Shown here: positions 10,359 to 21,411 of the stretch, one piece after another
Layout: each line of letters opens with the position of its first letter
Position numbering within the stretch: position 1 is the stretch's first letter
From: Cystobasidiomycetes sp. EMM_F5
Taxonomy: Eukaryota
Assembly: GCA_051047955.1 (NCBI GenBank)
Contig: JBPGPT010000002.1
Location: 310,001-374,000, forward strand
DNA length: 64,000 nucleotides
Reading direction: 5' to 3'
Translations under genes and position numbers: made by a program
Notes under the pieces: generated by a model
What the model saw: only the letters and a program-made list of their open reading frames with translations
Databases searched by the model: none
What the model was told of the DNA's origin: nothing

Positions 10359-13300
10359 ATGGGAAAGAACAAGTCTGCCCGAGGTAGACAGCCAATTGCA
10401 ACCGCACTCCCTGCAGTCGACCAGGTGAACGCAGAGATGCAGCAAGCACAACAAGTACAGCCGCCAGCAGTGTGTACTGTATCCTCGTTGTATACCTTGC
10501 AGCCTTCTGATGATCCATATCACTTTACTGTCTCTGCAGATCCCACTCACCACCCTCCCCTACGAGCTGGTAGAAGAGACTGCAAAACAGATTGAACTCG
10601 AACATTCAAGACGGCTCCATCATTTACAAGCACAACACGGACAGCATGCACTGCATCTGCAGATGAATGGAGGTACACTCCCTCTCCCTCTGTCTTCCCC
10701 CGCTTCCACTCCCCTGCCCCCTCACCCTCACCAGACCATGCACTTTGACAGACAGTACACAAATGCAAATGTGAATGTGAATCATCATCCATCATCGTCC
10801 TCGTCATCCTCCACACTGCCATCTCTACCTCCCCCTCATCAGGGTAATCTCAGACAACACAAGCAAGTCATCCCCAATCTACAGCATCAACAAAGCAGCA
10901 CTGCACTGCTCCACAACCAGCGACCCAATCAGCACTACAAGGTGCCGACGAGGATGAATCATCCCGCGTACTCACAAAACACCCCTTCATCGCAGGCGCA
11001 CGTCCTTGGACAACTACCGACTCCGCACGTTCCTTCTCACCACCTTGCACAACATACTCTCCCACCAAGACACGCTCACGCATTACCTCTGCCTCCCCAG
11101 CTTTCCGCCCAGCCGCAATATCAAGACATTCCCCGTCAATTCGTACAGCCATTCGGCAATCCATTGTCATTTTCTCCTACCCTTCCTCCCCTCCTCCAGC
11201 AATCCCATTCGTACATTCCAGAACCGATTCAATTGCATAATACCGAATACCCTCACTCTCCCGCATTGACTGATCTCAATCTACATGGTCAGAGCATGTC
11301 GCCTCACTTTCATCAGCAGCCGTACCATCAGCAGCCGCACCAGCATTTTCCAGACATGCCACCCCCAATCACGCATCAGCAATCCAGCATGGCAAATATG
11401 CCAACGTCGAACCTCTTGACTCCGTACCAGTCAATGGCGGTCGCACATGCCAATTCACAGCAAGATATGCTACCCCCGCAACATTTCGGCACGGATCGCT
11501 ATGGCAGTGTAAGCCCTCTAATCTGTGCAGAACTGGGCGTTCGCTGACTATTCATGCGGTTTGCTTTTCGTAAAGTCTCCTCAGTCTGTTGCTGCTTTTC
11601 CCCTCCCACCTCCCACTGAACGCATGCATTATCAACCGTGCGCGACGGGACTCTTACCCACTTCGGCAAATGGGGTTACAATACCCATCTGCGCATCCGT
11701 CCCGCCTTCCCAATTCGTCAATAATCCACTATACACACATCCAATGATGCCAGCACCGGCATGGGCGCAGCTCTTCCCGTGCGGCTGCAAAGTCTGTCGA
11801 GAATGCATGAGTGTCATTATCCGTCGCAGTCACAATACCACGCAAGGAGACTCGGCGAACGATACGCGAATGTTTGGGTGCATCGCGTGCGGACGTACGG
11901 CAGAATCGATGGGCCCACTTCACCCGATCCGCTTAGAACATGCTCCTGCTGCTTTTGGCGGATGGACATCTCCCATCTCACACGGCGTACACAGGCGAGA
12001 TGGAGGAAGTGTCACTTCGTCATCTTCAGTTGGGAATGCTGAAATGTCACCATTTCAGTCTGCGCGAGTTCGATACGCCCAAGACGAGGAATATGCCTTT
12101 TCGCAGACGTCGCAAGATATCTTTTATCAAGGACAGGATCATAGTGCAGCATCGCTCGAGATGAGCACGAGCACGAGTGCGAGTGCATCTGGTTCGCAGC
12201 AACATTCGCCGACCGTCTCGATGACTACTACCGTTTCGCTCTCTTCGCCTACGCAACCGATGAATTCCTTTACGAAGATGCAACATGGAGATGAGAATGT
12301 GCACATGCTCGGTCATGTCCTGGCTGCGTCAACGCTGGCGGACGTGAGGGAGGAGTCCACGTACATCGAATATGGTGATCAGAGAGCAAACGACCATGAG
12401 ATGGTTGGCACAAAGACAAAACGATCTGCATCGCATTGTTCAGGCACAAGACCTCCTTCTGCCAATTCTACGGCTACCCTTCATTCCGCTTCACTGCCTA
12501 GAGACGTCATGCAACAGGATCATCAAGCAGCAGAAGAATGTGAAGGTGCAGGCGTAGAGGTGATCAATGTGCCGATCCGAAGAAGACAGAGAAGTATGTC
12601 TCATTCTGGTACTTTCCCTTACGCGACGTCCCTTGAACTACTCCAAACTCCTGCTGCTCAAATCAAGTCGGATATGTTGGATCAAGCTGTGGAGCCCGCG
12701 CCATTGTTGGAGAACGCCAAGGACAGAATCGAGGAGAAAGTTGACGCAGCGATGGTTATGACATCCACGCCTACCCGTCCCGTTGACGCAGTTGCTCAGC
12801 CCGCTCCTCCTACAGCAAACAAGAAAACGCGCAATAAACAAGTCTCTTCCACGCCTCTACCTTCTGCTCAGGCACCTCCTCAATCACAGCAGACCAAGCC
12901 AGCTGTTCCACCCGCACCTTCAGCCACCTCGCAGAACAGGACAAGACAACAATCTTCTTCAACTGCCTCTTCCAACAGTCTGCGATTTGGACAGTCACAA
13001 ACCTTGCCACGTCGGTACCAGTCGGGCATCCGTATGCTACCGGAGAGTCTGCCAAGATACAGTAGCTCGAGCGCGAATGCAGATACCTGGTGGAAAGACC
13101 CAATCACAGGTGAACGAACTGGGACCGTGGCCAGTAATTGTGAGATAGATGGCAGAGGCACGGGAGATGTACCTGTCAGTTGGCCAATCCTCAAGGTGGG
13201 TTCGCGGAAGTACTGAGGCGTAGAAGGAAGCGGTAGATCGCTGACAATGTCATTCATCAGGTATACAACCTCCCCTTCAGGACGACGATAGCTGAGCTCG

Positions 13301-14797
13301 CAGCGTGGCTACCAAAGGGAACGCTGTGTCCCTCTGGGCAAAACCCTCAATCAATCCATATTCAGTGCGATCCCGAAACTGGTAGAACGCTCCCAATCGC
13401 GTTCATTGAGTGCGTCGATGAGGATGCTGCAGAAAAGGTTGCGCAGGGCGGGAATGCGAGAATCTTTCATGGTCATGAGGTGTCTTTCAGGAAAACCACC
13501 CAGAGGGATTTACTGCTCAGCCTATACCCCAGACTCCGATCTGAGCCGTTGCCTTCCTCTACGCTGACCAGAGTGGTCCAATCCTCAACTCCTTCTGTCA
13601 ACAGTGGCGGCCCGGAGCTCTTCTCGGAGACAGACAAGCAAATCTTGGAGACTCTGTTTGCAGCCGTATCCTCGGGAACAGCCGCAAAGCCTCTATGGTA
13701 CACTTTTCCACCAGAAAGAGCCTTCACTCGTCTTATTGGCCTTATTGTAAAATTTCCCTGGCATACAAAGTACGCTACGTTGGCTCAGGCTGAAAGGCTG
13801 TATGATCTGGTGCTCAGTAAGTCTGCTGTTGGATAGACGAGTAGTGAGCTGCACATAGACTCACGATACTTCATATGCGATTTGCAGGAGCGCTTGATAT
13901 CATTCCAAAGCGTTTAAGCGCAATGCCGCTTGCAAGGGACGTTTGCGCTAATTTGATTCAAGCTACGCAGAGATTTCCAGGTATGCATCATTGATAAGCT
14001 AGGGACACGTTGAGACCTGAGCTGATATGACAAACGTATCTGACAGGCTTCAGCCATCAGCAAAAGGCTTCAATAATGGAGATTTGGATTTCTATCAAGC
14101 CTGTACGTCGAAAGAAGGATTACGGATATAGAAGGCATATCGCCTGACGTGTTTTGGCTATTAGCAACTTCCCGATGGGTCGTTATCGATAGCAGTCGTG
14201 TCGCAGGACGTCCTCACTCGCAACCACGACCCCTCAAGCAGCTCTTCTGGACATCCTCAATCTCATCACCGAGACTGTCCATCAGGATATGTACACAGGC
14301 CTCAACCCGAATTTATGCCCGTGGAGGCAGACTCGAGGCAAAGTAACATGGCTCGTCCCCTTGCTTCCTCCGGTTCCACAAATCCAGATCAGATGCCGCC
14401 TACACAGATGCGCGCGGCAGCAAATCAGCAGAGTAGACGCAATTCGACTTCTAACAGTAATCGATTTGCAAATCACAGCTATCTCTACTCGCCTGACCGC
14501 AAAGGTGTCGGCAAAACCGAGAGAAACTACGCTCCGCCCACAACGACTGACAATCGTCCTGTTGTCGTGACGTCTTCGGATTCAGCAAACTTTGCTCCTG
14601 TTCCTCAGACAGTCACCGCTTCTCAGCCTTTGCAGAATATACCGCCTACAACTCGTGCTCAGGGCAAATTGTACGATCCGGACTCTCACACTCGCCAAGC
14701 AGCTCGCGCAGTCAAGAAGCCTCACAATGCTCGAGGTCAGCATCGTGAGGTTCCGGCCGCCGCCCCAGCAGCAGGAACCTCTCCTCAGACTGCCTAA
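10359..14797 (+). CDS. Large, mostly disordered protein with a His/Gln/Pro-rich N-terminus, a Cys cluster and one RRM-like domain; multi-exon
   Basis: Long open exons (10540-11508, ~11577-13195, 14164-14797) are joined in frame by GT-AG introns. RRM-like segment: PILK|VYNLPFRTTIAELAAWLP...IHIQCDPETGRTLPIAFIECVDEDAAEKV...HGHEVSFRKTTQRDLL. Cys pattern: FPCGCKVCREC...CIACG. Confidence 0.8.
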
Positions 14798-15589
14798 ATG
14801 GCTGCTGTTCTTGTACCCTGGAGTCGGGCGATTTCATGCCGTGCTTTGTCTACACTTCTCACCTCCTATACTGCATATGACATGCACTGTACATCACAGA
14901 TGTGCTTTCTTCGATTTTCTCGTCTCGAAATGGTTCCGCAAACTCTTTCTGAATGGCTTTTCCATTTTCCTGCTGTACGGATTTTGGCCTCTTCCTACAA
15001 TACAACGCCTCGCGATCTTCCGCATTTCACAACGCTTTAGCCTGACTGTTTTGCCGGCTTTCTCCTTCTGTGAATTAAACTACCTGCTCTTCCGTCGAGA
15101 AGCATGTACCGTGTTTGACCACTCTGCCGGCCAGACAAAAAAATAATGCCGAGTGACGGGCTCGACCTCACTCACTCACTTCCAGAGATGGAAATCAATA
15201 CCAGCCCCCGCCTACTGCGGAGAAGCACAATGTACGATAATTCCCCTAGAGCCAGTACGCGCTACGGCCTTCTCGCCGCACGCCTTCGGATTGACATTAA
15301 ACCGGGCTGCACTGTAATGCTGGTCCAGATGTAGACTTAGACTGTGGAGCCTCCAATACATCGGTCTTCGCGTGGTGCGCAATGCGCAAAGTGCGACGTC
15401 ATACCATGGGCCGATTGCCAACAACGAAACAAAATTAGAAGCCCTGCAAGATCAAAATACCCTTGTGCAAGCTCTGCAGAACAGCGATCTCGTCTCGGAG
15501 ACGCTACAAACTTGAGAGAGACTCAATGCTACGTAATCGCAATCGTACCCTCTCCTCCTTCGTTCGTTCCATAATTTCCTGAAAAATAC

Positions 15590-15745
15590 GCAGTCGCTGT
15601 AGGCGGCCTTACTGTGCTGTTCTACATACAAGAACATGCACCTTTTCGTAAATTTCTCTTTTGTCACACGCGAAAGTAGCAGTCACGGCTGGCGAGTCCG
15701 GTTGTGACCGAACTACTACCTTTCGATAGCGACAAGTAATTTTTT
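15590..15745 (-). ncRNA. Candidate structured ncRNA (H/ACA-snoRNA-like layout); strand uncertain
   Basis: Nested stems 15661-65/15731-35, 15671-76/15720-25 and 15682-86/15704-08, plus a second hairpin 15614-23/15631-41. On the minus strand AGAGAA (ANANNA) follows hairpin 1 and ACA lies at 15600-15598. Confidence 0.4.
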
Positions 15746-16269
15746 CTCCACCTTCCTGCCTTCTGTAGCTCGTCCTCTCTGTGTCTCACAGGATTCGAGA
15801 AGGATATCCAGACGCTGTTTGCTAGCAGACTGAATTAGATTGTCAACTGTGCATCATACGCACAGACCTTCATTTGAAGACAATCTGTCAATCAGACTGG
15901 GTGACCCGCTTGTTTCACATCTAACATTGCCCGCATTATTGAGAGCTGACGAGAGCCTCCTTCCTGTGTTACCGTCATCGTGAAGCCTAATGTACGTGTC
16001 CATTGATGATAACACGTACTCGGAAGACAATCCCTTCCAAGCAAACATCCAATTGGAAACTCGATACTTATAGCATGGAACACATCTATACTACGACTAG
16101 TACGACGAAAGACAAGGAGACTGACTTAGAGAGATCTGATTGCATACTAAAGCCCTAACTACCGAGTAAAGTTGCGAGGATGGCGAGTCTACAAGAGGGC
16201 GTCTTGCCTGACAAATTAATGACAAGATGCAGACAACGTTCGTACCTGGGCCACTCACGACATTGACGC

Positions 16270-17189
16270 TCAAGCGACGAGATAGAGGGAAGCAATGAAT
16301 CCGGCGAGGGCGACAACGCCTGCGGAGGAAGCCTTGACTGACGAAGCTGCATTCGGCTTGACTGCAGAAGTCGCAGCTGCAGCGGCACTGGAAGCAGCAG
16401 AGCTGATTGAGCTGAGTGCTGAGCTTGCTGCGGATGATGCGGAGCTTGCTGCCGACGATGCAGCAGACGAAGCGGAAGCGCCTGCGGACGATGCGGAAGT
16501 GGTCGATGACGTGGAAGATGCAGATGAAGTGCCAGTGGTGAGCACAGCAGAGGATCCGGAAGAAGAGGCAGGATCTGTAGCGGCTCCGTTATTGCCGCAC
16601 GAGGTGGAACCGGGCTGGATCTTGATGGGGCTAGAATAGGCAATGGTACCCGTAGAATCGACGACCTTGAAAGTGATCTCGGTGCCGGCTGCCAAGTCGA
16701 CTAGCCAGGTGTATGTTCCGCTAGCGCCAGATTGGTTGGGAAGCGTCTCGAGCGCAGCAGCTCCAGCTTGTCCACCGGGAATGATGGACAGGAAGATTGT
16801 GCCAGCTGCACCACCGCTCCAGGTGACTTGAGTGGGCTGTGCAAAGTATCAGGCTTGGTCAGTCACTCTTCCTTTTAGGCCTCAGAGAGTATAGGTCGGA
16901 TTGAGAATCGTGGGCGAATTGGGCCGCACAGGCCGCTTTTCATAAAACATGCCTTGACCAACAGTACGGACGGAAAGGAGCGAAGGAACATGAGGATATA
17001 GCTCGGGTGACTTACAATGCACTGCTGGATGCTGTGTATGCCGATTTCAAATATCAGCCCAAGTGGCCTGTGCGCTGGTCGAAGCCATCATCGCAAGTGC
17101 ACTTACGAAGGCGGCGAGTTTACAGTAAGTGCAGCTACTGAGCCGATAGCAGCCAGAATGGCAGCGGATGTTGCGTATGTATTGCGCAT
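16270..17189 (-). CDS. Secreted, probably GPI-anchored Ser/Ala-rich cell-surface protein; 3 exons including a 16-nt microexon (17031-17016)
   Basis: MRNTYATSAAILAAIGSVAALTVNSPP|SIQQCI|PTQVTWSGG...FLSIIPGGQ...YTWLVDLAAGTEITFKVVDSTGTIAYSSPIKIQPGSTSC, then an S/A-rich stalk and hydrophobic tail NAASSVKASSAGVVALAGFIASLYLVA. Confidence 0.9.
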
Positions 17190-18255
17190 AGTGATGTGTG
17201 TATGTACCGTGTTGGTCGCGGTGGACTGAGCTGAAAGGAATCAAGGCGACCAGTCAGGACCGACACATTAGCGATAAGACGTCGACTTGAACGCTCACTT
17301 GTGTATATGCTGCTCAAGTTGCAGTGGATGTCGTACCAGACGAGGTTGCGAAGATTCAAGCGCGGTCGAGAGGAAACAGACAGCAAACCCAGCCAAGGCG
17401 CGCCAGAGCCCACCTATGTTTAGTCTGAAGCTCTCGCCCGCTCGGGTCCCACCATTGTTTGGGCAACTGTGTTCATTCTTCGAGCGTCGTTGCGCCAGTG
17501 GATGGGATCCGAGCGATGGTCAGTGCGAGAACATAAAGTGACATTGGGCAGCGTCAGTGCAGTGTTTGTGTGTTTGTTATGTGCTGCGTGAGAAGAGCGT
17601 CATTGTTGTTCCGTTGATTGTCGTCAGCTCGCCATTCCCATCGACGTCCTCTCCTTGAACTCCGTCTCTGCTCCGTCTCCGCCAAACAACGAATGCAGCC
17701 TGTCAAACAGAGTCGCGTCGCGTGCAGATTCATGATGGACACATCCAGCTCAGCCTGCGACACTTGTAAAAGCAGCACTTCAATCGAGTGGGTGCAGGTC
17801 GATGGGCTGGCTAACGTCTAAGTCCCATGCCACTTTACGCGGACTCCGAGACAGCACATAATGCCATCATGACGTGTGATCCCGCGACCCGCCATTACGG
17901 TACTTTACTCGAAACACACCAGAAAATGCACGCACCACGCTCGTTCGGGCTGCCTCGCCGAACATCCCCTCGCTCTTCTCACCGGGCTCACAGCCTTCAC
18001 GGAAATGTCGCAAGGGTTGCCAACGGGACTACCTCTAACAAGAGTTACAGAGCGCTGACCGAGGTGAATGCGAACTGACTTCCCACTGGCGATGCCCGAA
18101 GTTGTGCAAAGTGTACGAAATTACAGGATGTCGCGGTTATAAAAGACTGCCAACAATCTGTACCTTCATCTCCTTCATTCCCAACAACATACACACACAC
18201 CAAACACTCTACTCTATCTGCCCGCACTATTCGCTCACTAGACAGAGCTTTAACC

Positions 18256-18858
18256 ATGCCTTTCTCTTTCCTGTTTGGTAAGAAAGACAAGAAGGACAAA
18301 GAGAATAAAAAGGGGAAGCGGCGTGCAGCAACTCCTGAACCTCGTGATCTACACAATTCTTGGCCTCAAGGATCTCTGCAGCACGCACCTCAGCAAGATC
18401 GCGGACGTACCCAAAGGAGGGGGTCTGATGAATTGCTAGCGCAAGGCATGGCAGTCGACAGCCTAATGGAAGAATATTCGAAGACAGCGGGCTACTCTGA
18501 TGAAAGGCCGCCTACTCCGCCTACGCAACGAGAGAAGCCTACCAAGCCCTGGGAGGAGGGTAGGCGAGCGGAGCTTGAACAAAGCAGACATTTGCAGGCG
18601 CAGCGGACAGCTGCACAAAGGCTTGCACAAGCGCGGTGAGTTCTCTTTCCGTCATAGTTGTCCCTTTCACCAACGAGTGAGCACCTATCATGCGACAGGC
18701 AAGTCGGAGCTCCTGCTGCCCGACAAACAGGCTATGCCCCTGCCCGAGAGCCAAGTACCGCCCTCCAACCACGTTCGCGTTCAAGAGACCCCACCACTGG
18801 GCGCAATCAATCTGGAGCAGGACCCAGCGCATCACGCGCGCACTTTAGGCGACGCTGA
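18256..18858 (+). CDS. Small basic, disordered orphan protein; 2 exons (intron ~18636-18699)
   Basis: TATAAAA at ~18137, a C/A-rich leader and ACCATG context. ORF MPFSFLFGKKDKKDKENKKGKRR... A GTGAGT...ACAG intron joins to RQVGAPAARQ...RAHFRRR*. Confidence 0.7.
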
Positions 18859-18951
18859 CGCACTGGGACCGAACCTCCGCAAACAACTAAAAGAGGACTA
18901 TCTGCCCTCAACCATTGTCTTTCCACCAGAAGCATTTTGAAGTCTGCATAG

Positions 18952-18998
18952 AAAACCTAAAACAGATCGGCCTCTAAAACCTAAAACAGATCGGCCTC
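18952..18998. repeat. Exact 23-bp direct duplication (period 24)
   Basis: aaaacctaaaacagatcggcctc at 18952-18974 and again at 18976-18998. Confidence 0.95.
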
Positions 18999-19741
18999 GT
19001 TGGGAACATCATCCATAACACGAAGCACAAAAAAACTGTCTCATTAAAAACGATAGATTTACAACTTTTATTTTTTTTCTTACAGTCCCCTTCTTGACGT
19101 AGCAGTTCGAGAGCGTTATGACTAAAGGTTGTCTGATTCACACCCAAATATTACCTCGTACGCCGCGCGAATCAGTCCGATCCTGGAATAAGAAATGGTC
19201 TTGCGTTGATTGTGCCATTCGAAGCAATCACAAGCGGACCCATCTGCGATGATTCCCAAGACGTTGCAGCAAGCAACGCCTATCAAAACGCATGTCCCAA
19301 TCAGCGAGCTCGAGTACACGGACATTGTGTGCGATCCTAGACCTGAATGAGGTCCTGGTATTGACGTTGCTTTCCAACACAGTTCGATAATCGAATGTTT
19401 GCGTCGAATTTCTCATTATGTGATTTGTTTACTGGTCTCTAATCCGGCTGCAGCCGGCCGCAGCTCGTTGCCGGCACCCAGGAGGCTGCGGTATCAGGTC
19501 GCCTGCTCTTTGGTAGAGATGATCCAGTTCAAGCTATGATACGCACGATGCACGCACATGCCATGCCGTGCGAACGCTTGGCAGGCCGAGTGAGGCTGTG
19601 ACAGAGGGTGTGTCTCATTCACTTGAAAGGGACCGCTCAGCAAAACGTTGCACCCATCCGCATGCTACTACAGATGTTTCGACAAGCACACTGTCATCTT
19701 CGATCTCAACATCCCATCTCTACTCGCTATCCGCACTACCT

Positions 19742-19972
19742 ATGTCACAACAAACCAGGATGTTTACCCGCCAGCGCCCTCGTGACGGTCATGCTATGCT
19801 TATACTGACTTCGGGGCCATCAGGCAGCAGCCGTTCCCATCTTACGGCATACTTGTCTAATCGCGAAGCACTTCGACCACCTCGGACCCAACCCCGCGAC
19901 CGTACTTCTAGGCCTACTGCCATCACGATTGAACAGGTCGTGCAATATACCCAAGGCTTCAGACGCTTTTGA
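19742..19972 (+). CDS. Possible 76-aa Arg-rich orphan microprotein
   Basis: MSQQTRMFTRQRPRDG...QYTQGFRRF*, preceded by a pyrimidine/CA-rich leader like those of neighbouring genes. No homology recognised. Confidence 0.3.
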   Translation: MSQQTRMFTRQRPRDGHAMLILTSGPSGSSRSHLTAYLSNREALRPPRTQPRDRTSRPTAITIEQVVQYTQGFRRF

Positions 19973-20404
19973 TGGTGGCTGATCACCTTAGAGCCTGCAG
20001 CTCCCGGCATTGGCAATTCACCGTCCTGTAACAACGCATATAATTTTCCAAATACGGTTCGATGCTTTGTGCGTTCACCGAACCTCGTCCTTTCTCAAAC
20101 ACGGCATCTTGCTGAGCCACTTTATTTGAGTGTATTGTCTTGCCTCCGTGAAGTGATAAAGATATCAACTCGTCAGTGTGTCTTGCTTCCCCCTTGTCCT
20201 TCAACACCGATATAGGCTGTGCGTATTTCGCTGCGCATACGACAGCTTGTAAGGATGTCGGCCAATTTCCGGCTAAGGCGGTATAAGCTATGGGATCTTG
20301 TGACACAGAAAGCAGGTACTGTGCCATCGCTGGGCTTCTATTCCCTAATTCCCAATTCATCCCTCGCAAATCAACTCGCCAAAACGGTCAGCCAGTCCCT
20401 TGAG

Positions 20405-20929
20405 ATGTCGACACCGCTGCGACTACCGTTCCAAGCCTCCTCAAAGGATGACGATGACGACGATTATATGGCGAGCGTGTCCACCTTCGAGTACCCACAA
20501 TGGTTGCGTCCGGTCTTTAGCAGCCAGCAAGCGCGTTACCCAACCTCAGTGCAGACTGTTCCTCATTTTCAGCACCAACACACTGTTCCTTTGAACATTT
20601 CACACCAAGACCATTATCGAGACGGTACATCAGTGCATCAACGTCTGAACGCGCCGTATGCGCGGCCGGGTCCCCTGGCAGGAAGATGCGTGAAACAGGG
20701 GAGGAGCACTGTCCGAAGTGCGCCGCCTCCAGCGGTTGCCAGAATTTTTCAAGCATATCAAACCGTTCCCGGCTCCACGCATTATGACCTCACCGGAACA
20801 CTGTATACCAAGCCAGCGGGTATCACCCTACCGTCGCCTGGTGCATCGCAGAAGAGCAGAGTATGCAAGCGAGCAGAAGAGAGGAGAGCAGGGAATTGGT
20901 GGAGTAGAGTATTTGGTCGAAAGCGATAA
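20405..20929 (+). CDS. 174-aa intronless orphan protein
   Basis: TATAAG at ~20282. ORF MSTPLRLPFQASSKDDDDDDYMAS...NWWSRVFGRKR*. No family recognised. Confidence 0.55.
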   Translation: MSTPLRLPFQASSKDDDDDDYMASVSTFEYPQWLRPVFSSQQARYPTSVQTVPHFQHQHTVPLNISHQDHYRDGTSVHQRLNAPYARPGPLAGRCVKQGRSTVRSAPPPAVARIFQAYQTVPGSTHYDLTGTLYTKPAGITLPSPGASQKSRVCKRAEERRAGNWWSRVFGRKR

Positions 20930-21411
20930 TTTAAAATGTCTGCCATTATTGTCAGATGCTTCAGTCGCAAGCGATCATGAAATCAACGTTGACTTCAGGC
21001 AAGTCTAGCGTAAGTCCGTGCAGCCTTATAGAGTCATTCAGATCATCGTCAGCACGCATTCATTGGACTGCACATGCATGCTGGACGGACCCGTCGCTGT
21101 TTGCATAGAATTGCTTGAAATTGCGGGGTAAACTTTTGAGGAACAAGGAACCGAAGGACCGTGTGGCGTTTGGGTGAGGGTACCCGGATGATCTGGAGAG
21201 TGACAGCGGTCGCAGCTTTGCAGAGGAGCTTTCATTCACTCTAGAATAAGGCATACCATCTATCTCCAATTCCAACACCGCTGCCGCATCATATACACTC
21301 GGCCTGTCAGACTCCGCAACGACGGAGGTCAACAATTTCCTCAAAGTCTACGAGTCTGCAATATACCTCGCTAGTGACTGAGGGTCGTACAATCTTCAAC
21401 GACGACAGACC

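Noticed and set aside
19500..19545. tRNA-like D-arm (gctctttggtagag) and GTTCAAG
   Set aside because: No anticodon arm, acceptor stem or proper T-stem.
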